Assembly: GCA_040398185.1 (NCBI GenBank)
Contig: JBBAUO010000021.1
Location: 1 to 63,518, forward strand
Origin: Microcystaceae cyanobacterium
Lineage (GTDB): Bacteria > Cyanobacteriota > Cyanobacteriia > Cyanobacteriales > Microcystaceae
Direction of reading: 5' to 3'
Length of the DNA stretch: 63,518 nt
In this document: positions 38,269 through 49,458 of the stretch, one piece after another
Position numbering within the stretch: the stretch's first letter is position 1
Layout: every line of letters starts with the position of its first letter
Program-made: the position numbers and the translations under genes
Notes under the pieces: model-generated
What the model was told of the DNA's origin: nothing
Seen by the model: the letters and a program-made list of their open reading frames with translations, nothing else
Databases searched by the model: none

Positions 38269-39135
38269 ATGGCCTCTCAAGATACTCTCTGGGAAAGATT
38301 CCTCAAGCCTGTTTTTGGGCTAATAGTGGATAAAAAAGCCCTAACGGAGCTTTATGAATCCAGGGATTGGCAAAAAGAAAGTGACGCACTGAGCCAAGCC
38401 AACTTTATTTATCCCGAATATTACCGAGCGCAAAACTTCCATGGTATTGAGGGGGGATATCTAACGATAGAAGCAGCGATAAGTTACGATGCAATTACCC
38501 AATACGCCCTTCCCCCTAACGAGATATGGGTACGTCAAGAGCTACTCAAAGCCATTCAAGTCAAACCTAGGCGTATACTGGATATAGGATGCGGTACGGG
38601 TTCAACGACCATACTGCTTAAACAAGCCTATCCCGAAGCGGAGGTAGTGGGTATAGATTTATCCCCCTATATGTTGGCGATGGCTAAGGACAAAGCCGAA
38701 AAAGTAGGATTGGAAATTAACTGGTTACACAAAAGAGCAGAAAGAACCCTGTTGAACGAGCTTTCGGTGGACTTGATTACCGTTTCCCTTGTCCTCCATG
38801 AAACCCCTCCCTACGTTTCCTGGGCTATTATTCAAGAAGCTTTTCGGTTATTAGTACCAGGGGGACAGATAGTTATTTTAGATGGCAATCAGCAGATGTT
38901 GCGCCAGACACAATGGCTAACGGAAATCTTTGAAGAACCCTATATCAAAGTCTATAGCCAGGAAAATCTGGAAACTTGGTTAGATTTAGCGGGTTTTAGG
39001 GCAATTAAAACTGATATATTCTGGATGATTCATCAAATTACCCAGGGAGTCAAACCCCTAACCAAGACAAAACCCAGTCAAGCTCCAGAAGAATCCGACT
39101 TTTTCACTAATTCCACCATGAATCCGGCTTTTTAA
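38269..39135 (+). CDS. class I SAM-dependent methyltransferase
   Basis: 'ILDIGCGTGSTT' motif I, 'GIDLSPYML' motif II. Confidence 0.8.
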   Translation: MASQDTLWERFLKPVFGLIVDKKALTELYESRDWQKESDALSQANFIYPEYYRAQNFHGIEGGYLTIEAAISYDAITQYALPPNEIWVRQELLKAIQVKPRRILDIGCGTGSTTILLKQAYPEAEVVGIDLSPYMLAMAKDKAEKVGLEINWLHKRAERTLLNELSVDLITVSLVLHETPPYVSWAIIQEAFRLLVPGGQIVILDGNQQMLRQTQWLTEIFEEPYIKVYSQENLETWLDLAGFRAIKTDIFWMIHQITQGVKPLTKTKPSQAPEESDFFTNSTMNPAF

Positions 39136-39142
39136 GATTTCT

Positions 39143-39841
39143 ATGCTCAAAGTTGTTTTATTTGATTTTAATGGAGTCATTATTAATGATGAACCCATCC
39201 ATAAAGAACTGATCGAAGAATTACTCCTCGGTGAAAACCTACCGCCTTCCTCTGCTAATTTTCAACAACTCTGTCTAGGGAGAAGCGATCGCGTTTGCCT
39301 CAGGGATATTTTGGCCGCAAAAGGTCGTAGTGTTAGTGAAGACTATTTAACCAAATTAGTTGACAAAAAAGCCCTAGCTTACCTCAAAAAACTAGAGGAA
39401 TTAGACTCCTTGCCCATCTATCCCCATCTAGAAAAATTTTTACAAATTATTCAACAAAACGGTTTAAAAATAGGTTTAGTTACAGGAGCTTTAAAGTCAG
39501 AAGTAGAATTTGTTTTAGAAAAGAGTCACTTAGAAAAATATTTTAATGTCATTGTGGCGGGGGATGAAGTCAGCACCAGTAAGCCCGAACCCAATGGCTA
39601 TCTACTCGCTATTGAAAGGTTTAATCGTTGGGACTTTAACTTACAATTACAACCCAAGGAATGCCTAGCGATCGAAGACACTCCCCCGGGTATCGAAGCA
39701 GCTAAACGGGCAGGAATTAAAGTGGTAGGAATCGCCCACACCTACCCCTTCCATTTTATGCAAAGGTTGTCAAATTGGGCCATAGATTACTTTGTAGATT
39801 TAGAGATCGATCGCGTCGCCCAGACGATGAATAGGAGCTAA
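39143..39841 (+). CDS. HAD-superfamily hydrolase (beta-phosphoglucomutase-like)
   Basis: '[12 protein letters not shown]' motif I (DxD...), 'GLVTGA' motif II, '[14 protein letters not shown]' motif III/IV. Confidence 0.8.
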   Translation: MLKVVLFDFNGVIINDEPIHKELIEELLLGENLPPSSANFQQLCLGRSDRVCLRDILAAKGRSVSEDYLTKLVDKKALAYLKKLEELDSLPIYPHLEKFLQIIQQNGLKIGLVTGALKSEVEFVLEKSHLEKYFNVIVAGDEVSTSKPEPNGYLLAIERFNRWDFNLQLQPKECLAIEDTPPGIEAAKRAGIKVVGIAHTYPFHFMQRLSNWAIDYFVDLEIDRVAQTMNRS

Positions 39842-40563
39842 CGGTAGTTAACAATCTGAGCAAAAGCAACGGGATCTAGACTTCCTCCTCCTACGAGAGC
39901 GCCATCAATTTCTGGTTGGGACATAATCGCATCAATATTATCGGGTTTAACCGAACCACCATATTGAATCGGGACATTTTGATTATCTAGTTGCGAGCGA
40001 ATAACACTAATGACATGATTGGCTTCTTGGGGTTCGCAGGTATCTCCTGTACCAATCGCCCAAATCGGTTCGTAGGCAATCACCAGATTACTTTGGTCTA
40101 TATCAACTAAACCACGTTTAATCTGGCTAATAATTACCTTTTCCGTTTCTCCTGCCGACCTTTGGGATTTGCTTTCACCTACACAGAGAATGGGAGTAAT
40201 CCCGTGCTTTTGCGCCGTTAATGCCCTTAAATTAGCTGTTTCGTCAGTTTCTCCGAAATACTGCCGCCGTTCACTATGGCCAACGATGACATAATGGGCA
40301 CCTAATTCCTTGAGCATTGAGCCAGAAATCTCCCCCGTATAGGCCCCGCTCTCTTCCCAGTGAATATTTTGCGCTCCCAAGCGAATTAAGCCGCCATGTA
40401 GGTTTTTTGAGAGTATCCCCAAGGCCGTAAAAGGGACACAGAGGACTGCTTCTCTATCATCTTCTAGTTCCTCTGACTTGGATTTGAATACCTGTAAAAA
40501 CTCCAAAGCCTCAGCCTGAGTCTTGTGCATTTTCCAGTTACCCGCAATAATAATTTTTCTCAC
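39838..40563 (-). CDS. tpiA: triose-phosphate isomerase
   Basis: '[11 protein letters not shown]', 'VIVGHSERR', '[12 protein letters not shown]'. 241 aa. Confidence 0.95.
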   Translation of the reverse strand: MRKIIIAGNWKMHKTQAEALEFLQVFKSKSEELEDDREAVLCVPFTALGILSKNLHGGLIRLGAQNIHWEESGAYTGEISGSMLKELGAHYVIVGHSERRQYFGETDETANLRALTAQKHGITPILCVGESKSQRSAGETEKVIISQIKRGLVDIDQSNLVIAYEPIWAIGTGDTCEPQEANHVISVIRSQLDNQNVPIQYGGSVKPDNIDAIMSQPEIDGALVGGGSLDPVAFAQIVNYR

Positions 40564-40566
40564 AAC

Positions 40567-41194
40567 TTACTCTTGATCTTGGAATGAAATATCAGTATCA
40601 AGATTCATTTTAAGCCCTAAAGGGTTCAATCCGTTAGACTTGAGGTACAGACAAGCTAAGAAAAAACTGGTTATGGTTTTAGAGTCTATAGCTACTCCAG
40701 AAGCGATCGCCTCTTGAAACTCCCTAAAGCTCATCAGCACGACTTCCATATCTTCATCCTCATCTTGCTCTAAAGTATGTTCTAGTTTTTCTAAATCCGT
40801 TGCTAAAAAGGCATAAATGTATTCATCGGAATAACCAGGAGCGAGGGGAAATTTCCCTAAGGGGGCCCATTGTCCGGCACGATAGCCCGCCTCTTCTTCT
40901 AGTTCCCGTTTTACTGTAAAGGATGCTGTCTCCCCAACTTCTAAAGTGCCGGCGGGAAATTCTAACAATCTCCCCCCTAGGGCGAAGCGGTATTGACGTA
41001 CTAATACTAATTTTCCCTCGGCGGTGATAGGAACGGCTAAAGCTCCCCCAGGATGGCGTACACATTCCCATTCCCCCTCTACTCCCTTGGGAAGACGCAG
41101 TTTATTGACTTCAAAGGCAAAAACCCGCCCTTGATAAAAAAGACGTTTTTGGAGAAATTCTGGAGGCTCTTGCTCAAAGTACATGGTTGACATA
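40567..41194 (-). CDS. NUDIX hydrolase (ADP-ribose pyrophosphatase-like)
   Basis: Nudix box 'GGRLLEFPAGTLEVGETASFTVKRELEEEAGY'. Start placed at internal ATG 41194 (MSTMYFEQ). The longer ORF (to 41292) would overlap the upstream gene. Confidence 0.8.
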
Positions 41195-41234
41195 GCAGTT
41201 CTCGATATTAGTGAGGTACAAAGATCCTCGTTTG

Positions 41235-41250
41235 AGGCGGTCGGCGGTCG
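41235..41250. repeat. 16-nt motif AGGCGGTCGGCGGTCG, inverted copy 2
   Basis: Reverse complement of the 36439-36454 motif. Lies between the NUDIX start and the UPF0182 stop. Confidence 0.5.
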
Positions 41251-41278
41251 GCAGGATTCGGTCACTAGGGAAATATTT

Positions 41279-44110
41279 TCAAGAATCACCAAAAATAGTG
41301 TCTAGGGCTTTTGTCAGAGTTTCCGCCATCACAATTTTATTATTGTAAACGACTATTACCCTTGCTAAAGTCGGCACACTATTTTGGTCGGCAACAATAT
41401 ATAAAGGTTCAACGTACAATAGGGACTGTTCGATAGGAATAACTAACAAATTGCCCTGCTTGACCTTCGATCCTTCCCGACTCCAAAGGGAGATTTGTTG
41501 AGAAATCTGCGGATTTTGGTTAATTAAAGCTTCTATTTGATTAGGACCATAGATCAACTCTTGTTTCGGGAATTGATAGAGTAGTAATTTACCATAGTGG
41601 GGATCATCGGAACGAGCCGCAAGCCAGGCAATTAAATTAGGACGACCAGCAGGGTTGTAGGGTTGTAATAAAATAAATTCCTCAGAATTGGCTTCCGGAA
41701 GTTTCATAATGAGATAGTAGGGTTCAACTACCTTGGCTTCATTCCCATAGATTTCCTGGGGAATTTGCCATTGATCTTCACGGTTGTAGAAGACCTGAGC
41801 ATCTTTCATGTGATAGGTTAAAAGTCTTTCTGATTGGATTCTAAATAAGTCCTCCGGATAACGAATATGTTGGCGCAGGGAGGAAGGCATTTCGGCAAGG
41901 GTTTTGAACTGTTTAGGGAAAATCCGCTTCCATGTTTGTATCAGGGGATCATTACCATCGGTGATATAAAAATCAACATCCCCATTATAGGCATCGACCA
42001 CAATTTTAACCGAGTTACGGATATAGTTAAAATTTCCCTGACCGGGATCGGAATAGGGATAGTGATCACTACTGGTATAAGCATCAATTATCCAAAACAA
42101 TTTACTCGATTTTTCGCCAATATCCGCCGCCACTAGGTAGGGATTGCGATCGTAGTTTAAAAAAGGAGCGATCGCTTGGATTCTGGCTGAGACTGTGCGC
42201 CGAAATAATAGTTTAGTATCTGGGGTAAAATCTTGGGTAAAAAGTAGTTTCTGATCCCTTAGATAGGCAGAAAATAATAGTTTACGCCAGGGAGAGCCAA
42301 TATTAATACCCCCCGTCCCATCGTAGGTATTATAGGCATTGTCATTGCGATCGGGATAATCTAATTCTTTAACCTTAGTCGAAGTCATGATATAGTTATC
42401 GGTCAATTCCCCAAAATAAATACGGGGTTTACCGATGGGAATACTATAGCGAATGGATTCACTAGAGGTTTTCAAAGCCCCTTGATCCTCATTAGTGCCG
42501 ATATCTTGAACAAAATAATAGGGTAATCCCCCTTCATCAACCAAATTAACAGGGGAAAGGGTAAAGCCGTAACCGTGGGTATAAATTAGATGTTGATTTA
42601 CCCAAGTTTTGGCACTTTCTGGAACAGTACTATAGTCTAACTCCCGGGCTGAAATAATAACCTGTTGACTGTTAGAAGTATTTTCGTAGGGAGCTTTCTG
42701 AAGATCAATATTAACTCGATATCGATCAATATCAGCATCAAAAAACTTATAGTATAGACGAATTTGCTGTAATTGGCGATTGGTTTCTAGGAGTGGTTTA
42801 GTGTCCCAAAGTCGAATATTATCAATAGTTAAGGCATTTTTTTTCAGAACCTCTAAAGTTAGATTACCCTGGGGATTAAAAACTTTTGCTTCAATTTTAT
42901 CTAAACCAAAACCAGCACGGGTATGGAAAATATTGCGCTCAATATAGGGCTTTTCTTGGGCTAATTCATTGGGTTGTACGATAGTTTTTTGCACTATAGT
43001 CGTGAGTAAAAATCCACCCAAAAGGATCATGAGGTACAGATAAACGGGAGCAAAATAAAAAGTTTTGCGCCGAGTCTTTCCCGTTAGGGCTTTCCCAAAT
43101 AACCAAAAACTAATGACGGCAGCTAGAACCGCTAAAACAACTTGTAAAGGCTCTTGAATATGAATATCTGTGTATCCCCCACCATACACCACCCCCCTGG
43201 GGGAATAGAGCAACTCAAAACGAGCTAAACCATGGCGAAAGACTAAAACCGCCATCAAAAAGCCCCAGAGTCCGTAAAGGTGACGTAATTGGGCATGGGA
43301 AAACCCTGGGAACTTACCCTGGGAGAGACTATTAGCAGATAGGATATAGGTTAAAATCGTACTAATTAAGGCATATAGGGCTAAACCCCAGAGCCAAAGG
43401 TTTAATAGCTGTAGAAAAGGTAAAGTAAATACATAAAACCCGATATCTAAGCCATACTGGGGATCTAATTCACCGAAGGCAGTGGGATTAAAAGCTTTGA
43501 GGAGTGTTGTCCAACGCTGGGAAAAAATTAATCCCAACAGAAGACTAAAGCCAACAGCTATCCCTGGGAATAAAAAGCGCGATCGCAGGAGTACCAAGGC
43601 AAGGAGTAAGCCAATTAAGGCGAGTGTTACCAATCCCATCCTGCCTGGGGAATCCAGGGCTTTAGGGGAAGTAAGAGGAGATAAATAATAATCCCGATAC
43701 CAGCCTTGCCAGACTATTTGACCATAGTAAATCAGCATCAATCCCAGAACCGTAGCCATTGCCAGGACTACAAACAGCAGCCAAGGCAAAGAAAGGGGGG
43801 GAGATTGGGGATTAATTCGTTCTGGGTTGCCTCCTTGGGCTAGACGAGATGTAGAGGGAATTGGCACTTCTTGCCATTGCAGTCGACGGGCTAAACGGAT
43901 ATTAAGGACAAAAAAGGCCAGGGATAGGCTAGTAATCTCTAAGCCCAGGCCCATTTGCCAACCGAGTCTTTTGAAAAAGGCATCTAGATAACCAACCTCC
44001 CCAAACCAGAGACTCTCCCCCCAAAACCGTACTATTAGCCCTACCCCTAAAGCCAGAGCTAGGAGTCCTAAAAACCACCCGAATAGCGATTTTGTCAAGC
44101 TTTTGGACAT
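41279..44110 (-). CDS. UPF0182 family large membrane protein
   Basis: 943 aa. N-terminal cluster of ~7 TM helices followed by large extracytoplasmic domain. Layout and conserved blocks ('WDTKPL', 'YYLIMKLP', 'LLVIPIEQSLLYVEPLY') typical of UPF0182/COG1615. Confidence 0.8.
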   Translation of the reverse strand: MSKSLTKSLFGWFLGLLALALGVGLIVRFWGESLWFGEVGYLDAFFKRLGWQMGLGLEITSLSLAFFVLNIRLARRLQWQEVPIPSTSRLAQGGNPERINPQSPPLSLPWLLFVVLAMATVLGLMLIYYGQIVWQGWYRDYYLSPLTSPKALDSPGRMGLVTLALIGLLLALVLLRSRFLFPGIAVGFSLLLGLIFSQRWTTLLKAFNPTAFGELDPQYGLDIGFYVFTLPFLQLLNLWLWGLALYALISTILTYILSANSLSQGKFPGFSHAQLRHLYGLWGFLMAVLVFRHGLARFELLYSPRGVVYGGGYTDIHIQEPLQVVLAVLAAVISFWLFGKALTGKTRRKTFYFAPVYLYLMILLGGFLLTTIVQKTIVQPNELAQEKPYIERNIFHTRAGFGLDKIEAKVFNPQGNLTLEVLKKNALTIDNIRLWDTKPLLETNRQLQQIRLYYKFFDADIDRYRVNIDLQKAPYENTSNSQQVIISARELDYSTVPESAKTWVNQHLIYTHGYGFTLSPVNLVDEGGLPYYFVQDIGTNEDQGALKTSSESIRYSIPIGKPRIYFGELTDNYIMTSTKVKELDYPDRNDNAYNTYDGTGGINIGSPWRKLLFSAYLRDQKLLFTQDFTPDTKLLFRRTVSARIQAIAPFLNYDRNPYLVAADIGEKSSKLFWIIDAYTSSDHYPYSDPGQGNFNYIRNSVKIVVDAYNGDVDFYITDGNDPLIQTWKRIFPKQFKTLAEMPSSLRQHIRYPEDLFRIQSERLLTYHMKDAQVFYNREDQWQIPQEIYGNEAKVVEPYYLIMKLPEANSEEFILLQPYNPAGRPNLIAWLAARSDDPHYGKLLLYQFPKQELIYGPNQIEALINQNPQISQQISLWSREGSKVKQGNLLVIPIEQSLLYVEPLYIVADQNSVPTLARVIVVYNNKIVMAETLTKALDTIFGDS

Positions 44111-44176
44111 ATTTTTTGCCTCGGTAAGTGGGAGGAGAGAATGATGGGAATGGGATCATCCTCTCTTCGCGGATTT

Positions 44177-44608
<432 letters not shown>

Positions 44609-44624
44609 TTATTATGCGATCGCT

Positions 44625-45353
44625 TTAACCTAAATCTAGCATTGCCAAACCCAAATAGCGAATCCCCTGGGGACTGACTTGAAAACGACAGGGTAAAACC
44701 CGGATACCTTTTTCGACACCAAGGCGTAAAAGCGAACCGTAGTCTGGATCGTAGGCATCCCCCGCCCCAAAATGAAGACAATCTTCCCGATTAATAAAAT
44801 AAAGCATTACCGCTTGGGAGTCGGGTAAAATCCCCATCAACTCTCGGAGGTGTTTTTGCCCCCTTGTCGTCACTGTATCGGGAAAAAGGGCGGTAGAACC
44901 CTCGGCTAGGGTGGTATTTTTGACTTCTATGTAGGTCAATGGGGAAGGGGATAGGGGTTCGGTGAGTAAAAAGTCAATGCGGCTTTTTTTCCCCTCTCCG
45001 TAGGCAACTTCAGGGGAGATGAGGGTATTTTCCCCAACCAAGTCCCTAAAAATTCGCTTTTCCAAGGCTAATTTAATGACTCGGTTCGGTAAGCTGGTAT
45101 TGATACCTACCCAAATGTCATGGATTTGAATCATTTCCCAAGTGTAGGCCAGTTTTCTTTTGGGGTTATCGCTAGAGGAGACATAGACGGGGTTATTGAC
45201 AAGACAAACTCCCGTCATCGGTCCTGTATTGGGACAATGGGCGGTGATGATTTCTCCGCTATCTAGTTCAATATCTGCAAAAAAGCGTTTGTAGCGCTTC
45301 AGCAGTTTACCCTTGAGCAGGGGAGGATAGGTATAGAGAAAATCTTCAGACAT
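44625..45353 (-). CDS. sfsA: sugar fermentation stimulation protein SfsA
   Basis: 'GKLLKRYKRFFADIELDSGEIITAHCPNTGPM' conserved SfsA N-terminus. 242 aa. Confidence 0.9.
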   Translation of the reverse strand: MSEDFLYTYPPLLKGKLLKRYKRFFADIELDSGEIITAHCPNTGPMTGVCLVNNPVYVSSSDNPKRKLAYTWEMIQIHDIWVGINTSLPNRVIKLALEKRIFRDLVGENTLISPEVAYGEGKKSRIDFLLTEPLSPSPLTYIEVKNTTLAEGSTALFPDTVTTRGQKHLRELMGILPDSQAVMLYFINREDCLHFGAGDAYDPDYGSLLRLGVEKGIRVLPCRFQVSPQGIRYLGLAMLDLG

Positions 45354-45398
45354 AATCTTAGTGATAGAATGGGTTGGGAATTTTATACAGAATCAGTC

Positions 45399-46298
45399 AT
45401 GAATTATTATAGATTTTCTGGGTTACTTTTATTTTTATTATTGCTATTTAGTTGTACAAGGTCGCCCCAGATTAAAGTTCTGAAAGATATTGAGTATGGC
45501 ACCTATCCTCCCCATCAAGGCACCCAAAAATTATTACTGGATCTCTACTTACCCCCTACTAATCCCCAAAAACCTTTACCTATTATTCTCTACATTCATG
45601 GGGGAGGTTGGCTCAAAAATAGTAAGGAACATTGTCCTGCTCCTGTCCTTGTACCCAAGGGTTATGGTGTTGCTTGTATTAATTACCGTTATAGTAGCGA
45701 AGCTCTATTTCCCGCCCAAATTAAAGATGTAAAAAAGGCTGTAGTTTGGCTAAAAAATAATGCCCAAAACTATAACTTAAATCCTAATAAAATTGGAGTT
45801 TTAGGCGATTCTGCGGGAGGATATTTAAGCGCCTTATTAGGTACTTCTGCGGGGGTGCAAGCCTGGGAGGATACAAAAAATCTTACCCTAGACTCTACTA
45901 GAGTACAAGCAGTAGTTAGTTTATATGCTCCTACGGATTTTAGTCAGGTTACTCCTGCACAGAATAAGGATCAACCTTGGTTTCACTATACCCAAGTTAC
46001 CACGCTCTTGCTCGGCGGTCCTATTTCCCAAAAAAAGGCAGAAACTAAACTCGCTAATCCCCTTACCTATATTGATAGTAATGACCCACCATTTTTATTA
46101 ATTCATGGCGAATTAGATCGGGTAGTTCCCCTTAGCCAAAGTGAGATATTGTACGAGGCTTTAAAGACTCAAAAAGTACCCGTAAAGTTTATTAAAATCC
46201 CTGATCTAAAGCACAATTTTAGAAACAAGGATGGAGAGGGGATTAACCCTGAAATTTTGGAGCCAATGTTGGACTTTTTTCGGGAGCATCTAAACTAA
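45399..46298 (+). CDS. alpha/beta hydrolase (esterase/lipase family), probable lipoprotein
   Basis: Signal/lipobox 'LLLLFSC', oxyanion 'IHGGGW', nucleophile elbow 'GDSAGG', C-terminal 'HGELD...H'. Start moved to ATG 45399. Confidence 0.7.
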   Translation: MNYYRFSGLLLFLLLLFSCTRSPQIKVLKDIEYGTYPPHQGTQKLLLDLYLPPTNPQKPLPIILYIHGGGWLKNSKEHCPAPVLVPKGYGVACINYRYSSEALFPAQIKDVKKAVVWLKNNAQNYNLNPNKIGVLGDSAGGYLSALLGTSAGVQAWEDTKNLTLDSTRVQAVVSLYAPTDFSQVTPAQNKDQPWFHYTQVTTLLLGGPISQKKAETKLANPLTYIDSNDPPFLLIHGELDRVVPLSQSEILYEALKTQKVPVKFIKIPDLKHNFRNKDGEGINPEILEPMLDFFREHLN

Positions 46299-46300
46299 AG

Positions 46301-48577
46301 TTAATATTCCCCTTCTACCTCGCGGATACGCCGAATTGCCAGAATGTCGCTCATATTTTTAATTTGCTGCATACTTTGCTCTAGCTGATTACAGTCTCGA
46401 ATGTCTAAACAGAGGGAAATTAGGGCGGGTTTTCCGAGGCTAGTTTTTACCTTAGCATTGCCAACGTTAATATTGTGGTCACTCAGACGGGAGAGAATAT
46501 CTTTTAAAACCCCAACTCGATCTATCGCTTCAATTTGTAAATTGACGGGATAGGTTTGACATCGTCCGTGACTGTCTACGGGATTCCAACTGACGGGAAT
46601 GAGGCGATCGCCCTCCACATTACCGACATTTAAACAACCTTGGCGATGAATGGAGATCCCTTTTGCTCCCCTGGTTACTACACCAATAATGGATTCCCCC
46701 GGTATGGGGTTACAACAACCCGCTATGTGGTACATAAGCCCCTCAACGCCCGCAATGGGGTATTTACTGCTGAGATTGGCTAAATTGGGGGAAGAAGAAG
46801 GCCTTTCTCCAGAAACAGCAGCTAGGAGAATATCTTCGTCATTTTGTTGGGTTTTGACGGTTTCTCGTAATCGGTTAACTACTTGTTTGAGGGTGATTTC
46901 CCCATACCCTAGCCCGGCTAACATATCATCCACGTTTTGATAGTTACATTGTTTAGCGGTTGTGTACATCCGCTCCGATTTTAAGAGAGCATCAAACCCG
47001 GTTTTTCCTAATTCTTTTTCTAATAGCTCTTTACCGCGACTGACATTTTCATCCCGACGCGATCGCTTATACCATTGACGGATACGGTGACGAGCACTAG
47101 GAGTTACGGCAAAATTGAGCCAATCCAGACTAGGGTGGCTATTTTTGCTGGTAATAATTTCGACAATATCCCCATTGTGTAGGGGTTTATCCAAAACTGT
47201 CCAGCATCCATTTACCCTAGCACCTTTCATGTGGTGGCCGATTTCCGAATGAATATGATAGGCAAAATCTACGGGAGTTGATCCCTTCGCCAGAGCCATC
47301 ACATCGCCCTTAGGAGTAAAGACATAGATAACATCTTCGGCAAAGAGATCATCCCTGACATTATCCATGTATTCTTCGGCATCACTGAGGTCTTTTTGCC
47401 ATTCTAGGAGTTGACGTAACCAGGTAAATTTTTCATCACTTTTATTGAGTTGTCCAAAATTAGAACTCCCGGCTTCCTTGTACTTCCAATGGGCAGCAAT
47501 TCCATATTCAGCGATATGGTGCATTTCTAGGGTACGGATTTGTACTTCTAAGGGGCGACCATTTAAAGCAATTACAGTAGTATGTAGGGATTGATAGCGA
47601 TTGGGTTTCGGTAAGCCGATATAGTCCTTGAATCTTCCTGGGATGGGAGTAAACTGATCGTGGACAATAGCCAAGGTTCGGTAACATTCTTCGTTACTGT
47701 TAACAATTATTCTCAAGGCGGCAATATCATAAATTTCGTGAAATTCCTTTTGTTGGCGGGACATTTTATGGTATATCCCGTACAGGTGTTTGGGTCTGCC
47801 TTGGAGTTCCACCACAGAAATCCCGATTCTATTTAGGCGTGTGTTGAGAATCTCGGTAATTTTTTGAATTTTTTCTTCCCTGTCTATACGTTTCTCAGAG
47901 ACTAGGGATTGTATTTCTCGATATTTATCATTTTCTAAATATTTAAAGGCTAAATCTTCTAATTCCCACTTAAAGCGTCCAATCCCCAAGCGATTAGCTA
48001 GGGGGGCAAATATTTCCCTTGTTTCTAGGGCAATGCGTTGTTGTTGCTCCGGTTTCAGGTGTTCTAGGGTTCTCATATTGTGGAGTCTATCGGCGAGTTT
48101 CACCACTATCACCCGAATATCTTGAGCCATGGCCAGAAACATCCGCCGAAAATTCTCCGCCTGACGCTCTCTTTTGCTAGAAAAGTTAAATTTAGAGAGT
48201 TTTGTCACCCCCTCCACCAACATCCGCACTTCTTCCCCAAAATTTTCTTGGATTTCCTCTGGAGTCACCTCGGTATCTTCCACCACGTCATGGAGAAAAC
48301 CCGCAGCAATCATGGCCGTATCTCCCCCTAAGTCCCTCAGTAAACCCGCTACAGCGACAGGATGGGCAATATAAGGCTCTCCAGACTTGCGGTATTGTTC
48401 CCCGTGGAGTTGGTAAGCGAAATTAAACGCCCGACAAATCAAACCCATGGCCTCATTTTCTGGCTCCGATTGGTAGGTAATCAGACATTGACTCAGCCAT
48501 TGGGGGGGGACAAAAACAGGAAGCTCGGTTTTTGAGGGAGCGTTCGGGGTGGTTTCGGGTATGGTGATGGCTTTCAT
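46301..48577 (-). CDS. spoT: bifunctional (p)ppGpp synthetase/hydrolase RelA/SpoT family
   Basis: HD hydrolase domain ('HDVVEDT'), synthetase domain ('RIKDYIGLPKPNRYQSLHT'), TGS and C-terminal ACT domain. 758 aa. Confidence 0.95.
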   Translation of the reverse strand: MKAITIPETTPNAPSKTELPVFVPPQWLSQCLITYQSEPENEAMGLICRAFNFAYQLHGEQYRKSGEPYIAHPVAVAGLLRDLGGDTAMIAAGFLHDVVEDTEVTPEEIQENFGEEVRMLVEGVTKLSKFNFSSKRERQAENFRRMFLAMAQDIRVIVVKLADRLHNMRTLEHLKPEQQQRIALETREIFAPLANRLGIGRFKWELEDLAFKYLENDKYREIQSLVSEKRIDREEKIQKITEILNTRLNRIGISVVELQGRPKHLYGIYHKMSRQQKEFHEIYDIAALRIIVNSNEECYRTLAIVHDQFTPIPGRFKDYIGLPKPNRYQSLHTTVIALNGRPLEVQIRTLEMHHIAEYGIAAHWKYKEAGSSNFGQLNKSDEKFTWLRQLLEWQKDLSDAEEYMDNVRDDLFAEDVIYVFTPKGDVMALAKGSTPVDFAYHIHSEIGHHMKGARVNGCWTVLDKPLHNGDIVEIITSKNSHPSLDWLNFAVTPSARHRIRQWYKRSRRDENVSRGKELLEKELGKTGFDALLKSERMYTTAKQCNYQNVDDMLAGLGYGEITLKQVVNRLRETVKTQQNDEDILLAAVSGERPSSSPNLANLSSKYPIAGVEGLMYHIAGCCNPIPGESIIGVVTRGAKGISIHRQGCLNVGNVEGDRLIPVSWNPVDSHGRCQTYPVNLQIEAIDRVGVLKDILSRLSDHNINVGNAKVKTSLGKPALISLCLDIRDCNQLEQSMQQIKNMSDILAIRRIREVEGEY

Positions 48578-48782
48578 GGTTTAATGATGTTGGGGGAATA
48601 CGGGCTAAAATATTGGAGTGTGAGGTTTATATAGGTTATTGTTTAGCACTAAGTCCAGAGCTATCTGCAAAAAATGCTTGTATATCTTAAGGTTTTAAGA
48701 GAATATAAAAAGCTTGTCCTTGTTTTGGATCACAAGAGGACTAAAACTTTAGTCTAACAAATTGTCACGCGGTTAGTGTTCT

Positions 48783-49118
48783 ATGTTACCGTTATTTCAC
48801 CGAGAAGTCTATCATATTTGGTTAAATTTTTTGCAAGTTTTGCATAATCAAGCGGATCAAGCCAACTTTGAGCAAGTACAAAGGTATTTCTATGATGTGG
48901 TAATGGGGTTAGATGATGGGGAAATTGAGCCAATATACTTATCCCGTTGGCGCTCTCTGCAAACCGAACTACATCGCTTGGTACGTTTATTGGAGACAGA
49001 TTGGTTATTTTGTGGCTCGGCTCGTCAAAGTTCCACAAGGGAGAAAAGATTACAGGGATTTAGGGGGCGAATTGAGAAAATAATGGAGTATTGTCGGATT
49101 TTAGTCCAAGAAAGCTAA
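48783..49118 (+). CDS. small conserved cyanobacterial protein, possibly PatD-like
   Basis: 111 aa. Family assignment from memory of the PatD N-terminus only, so weak. Confidence 0.3.
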   Translation: MLPLFHREVYHIWLNFLQVLHNQADQANFEQVQRYFYDVVMGLDDGEIEPIYLSRWRSLQTELHRLVRLLETDWLFCGSARQSSTREKRLQGFRGRIEKIMEYCRILVQES

Positions 49119-49458
49119 TATTTTTTGTAAATCTGCCTGAAATAGACCAATATTACGGGAATTGACCAAGGGAACGTGGAGAAATAAACACCGAGACTGG
49201 GTTGTATGTTTTAAGACTTGGTAGTAGAGTCATGCTCTCCTATTCTTTGATAAACTTCCCGTGACATTTCACTTGTCATCTTAACTTGTGGCCAATGAGT
49301 CGCAGGTATAGGGCGGCGGGTGTTCTTTGCTTACCTAGCCCAAAAGTAGGAATCGAGCCAGATTTTTGAATCTCGCCGCAAGGTGTGCAGGAAATACAGG
49401 AGTAATCCTTTTGTGGGATAGTTTTATAATAACATCCCGCTCTTTTTCCAGGTAAAAA

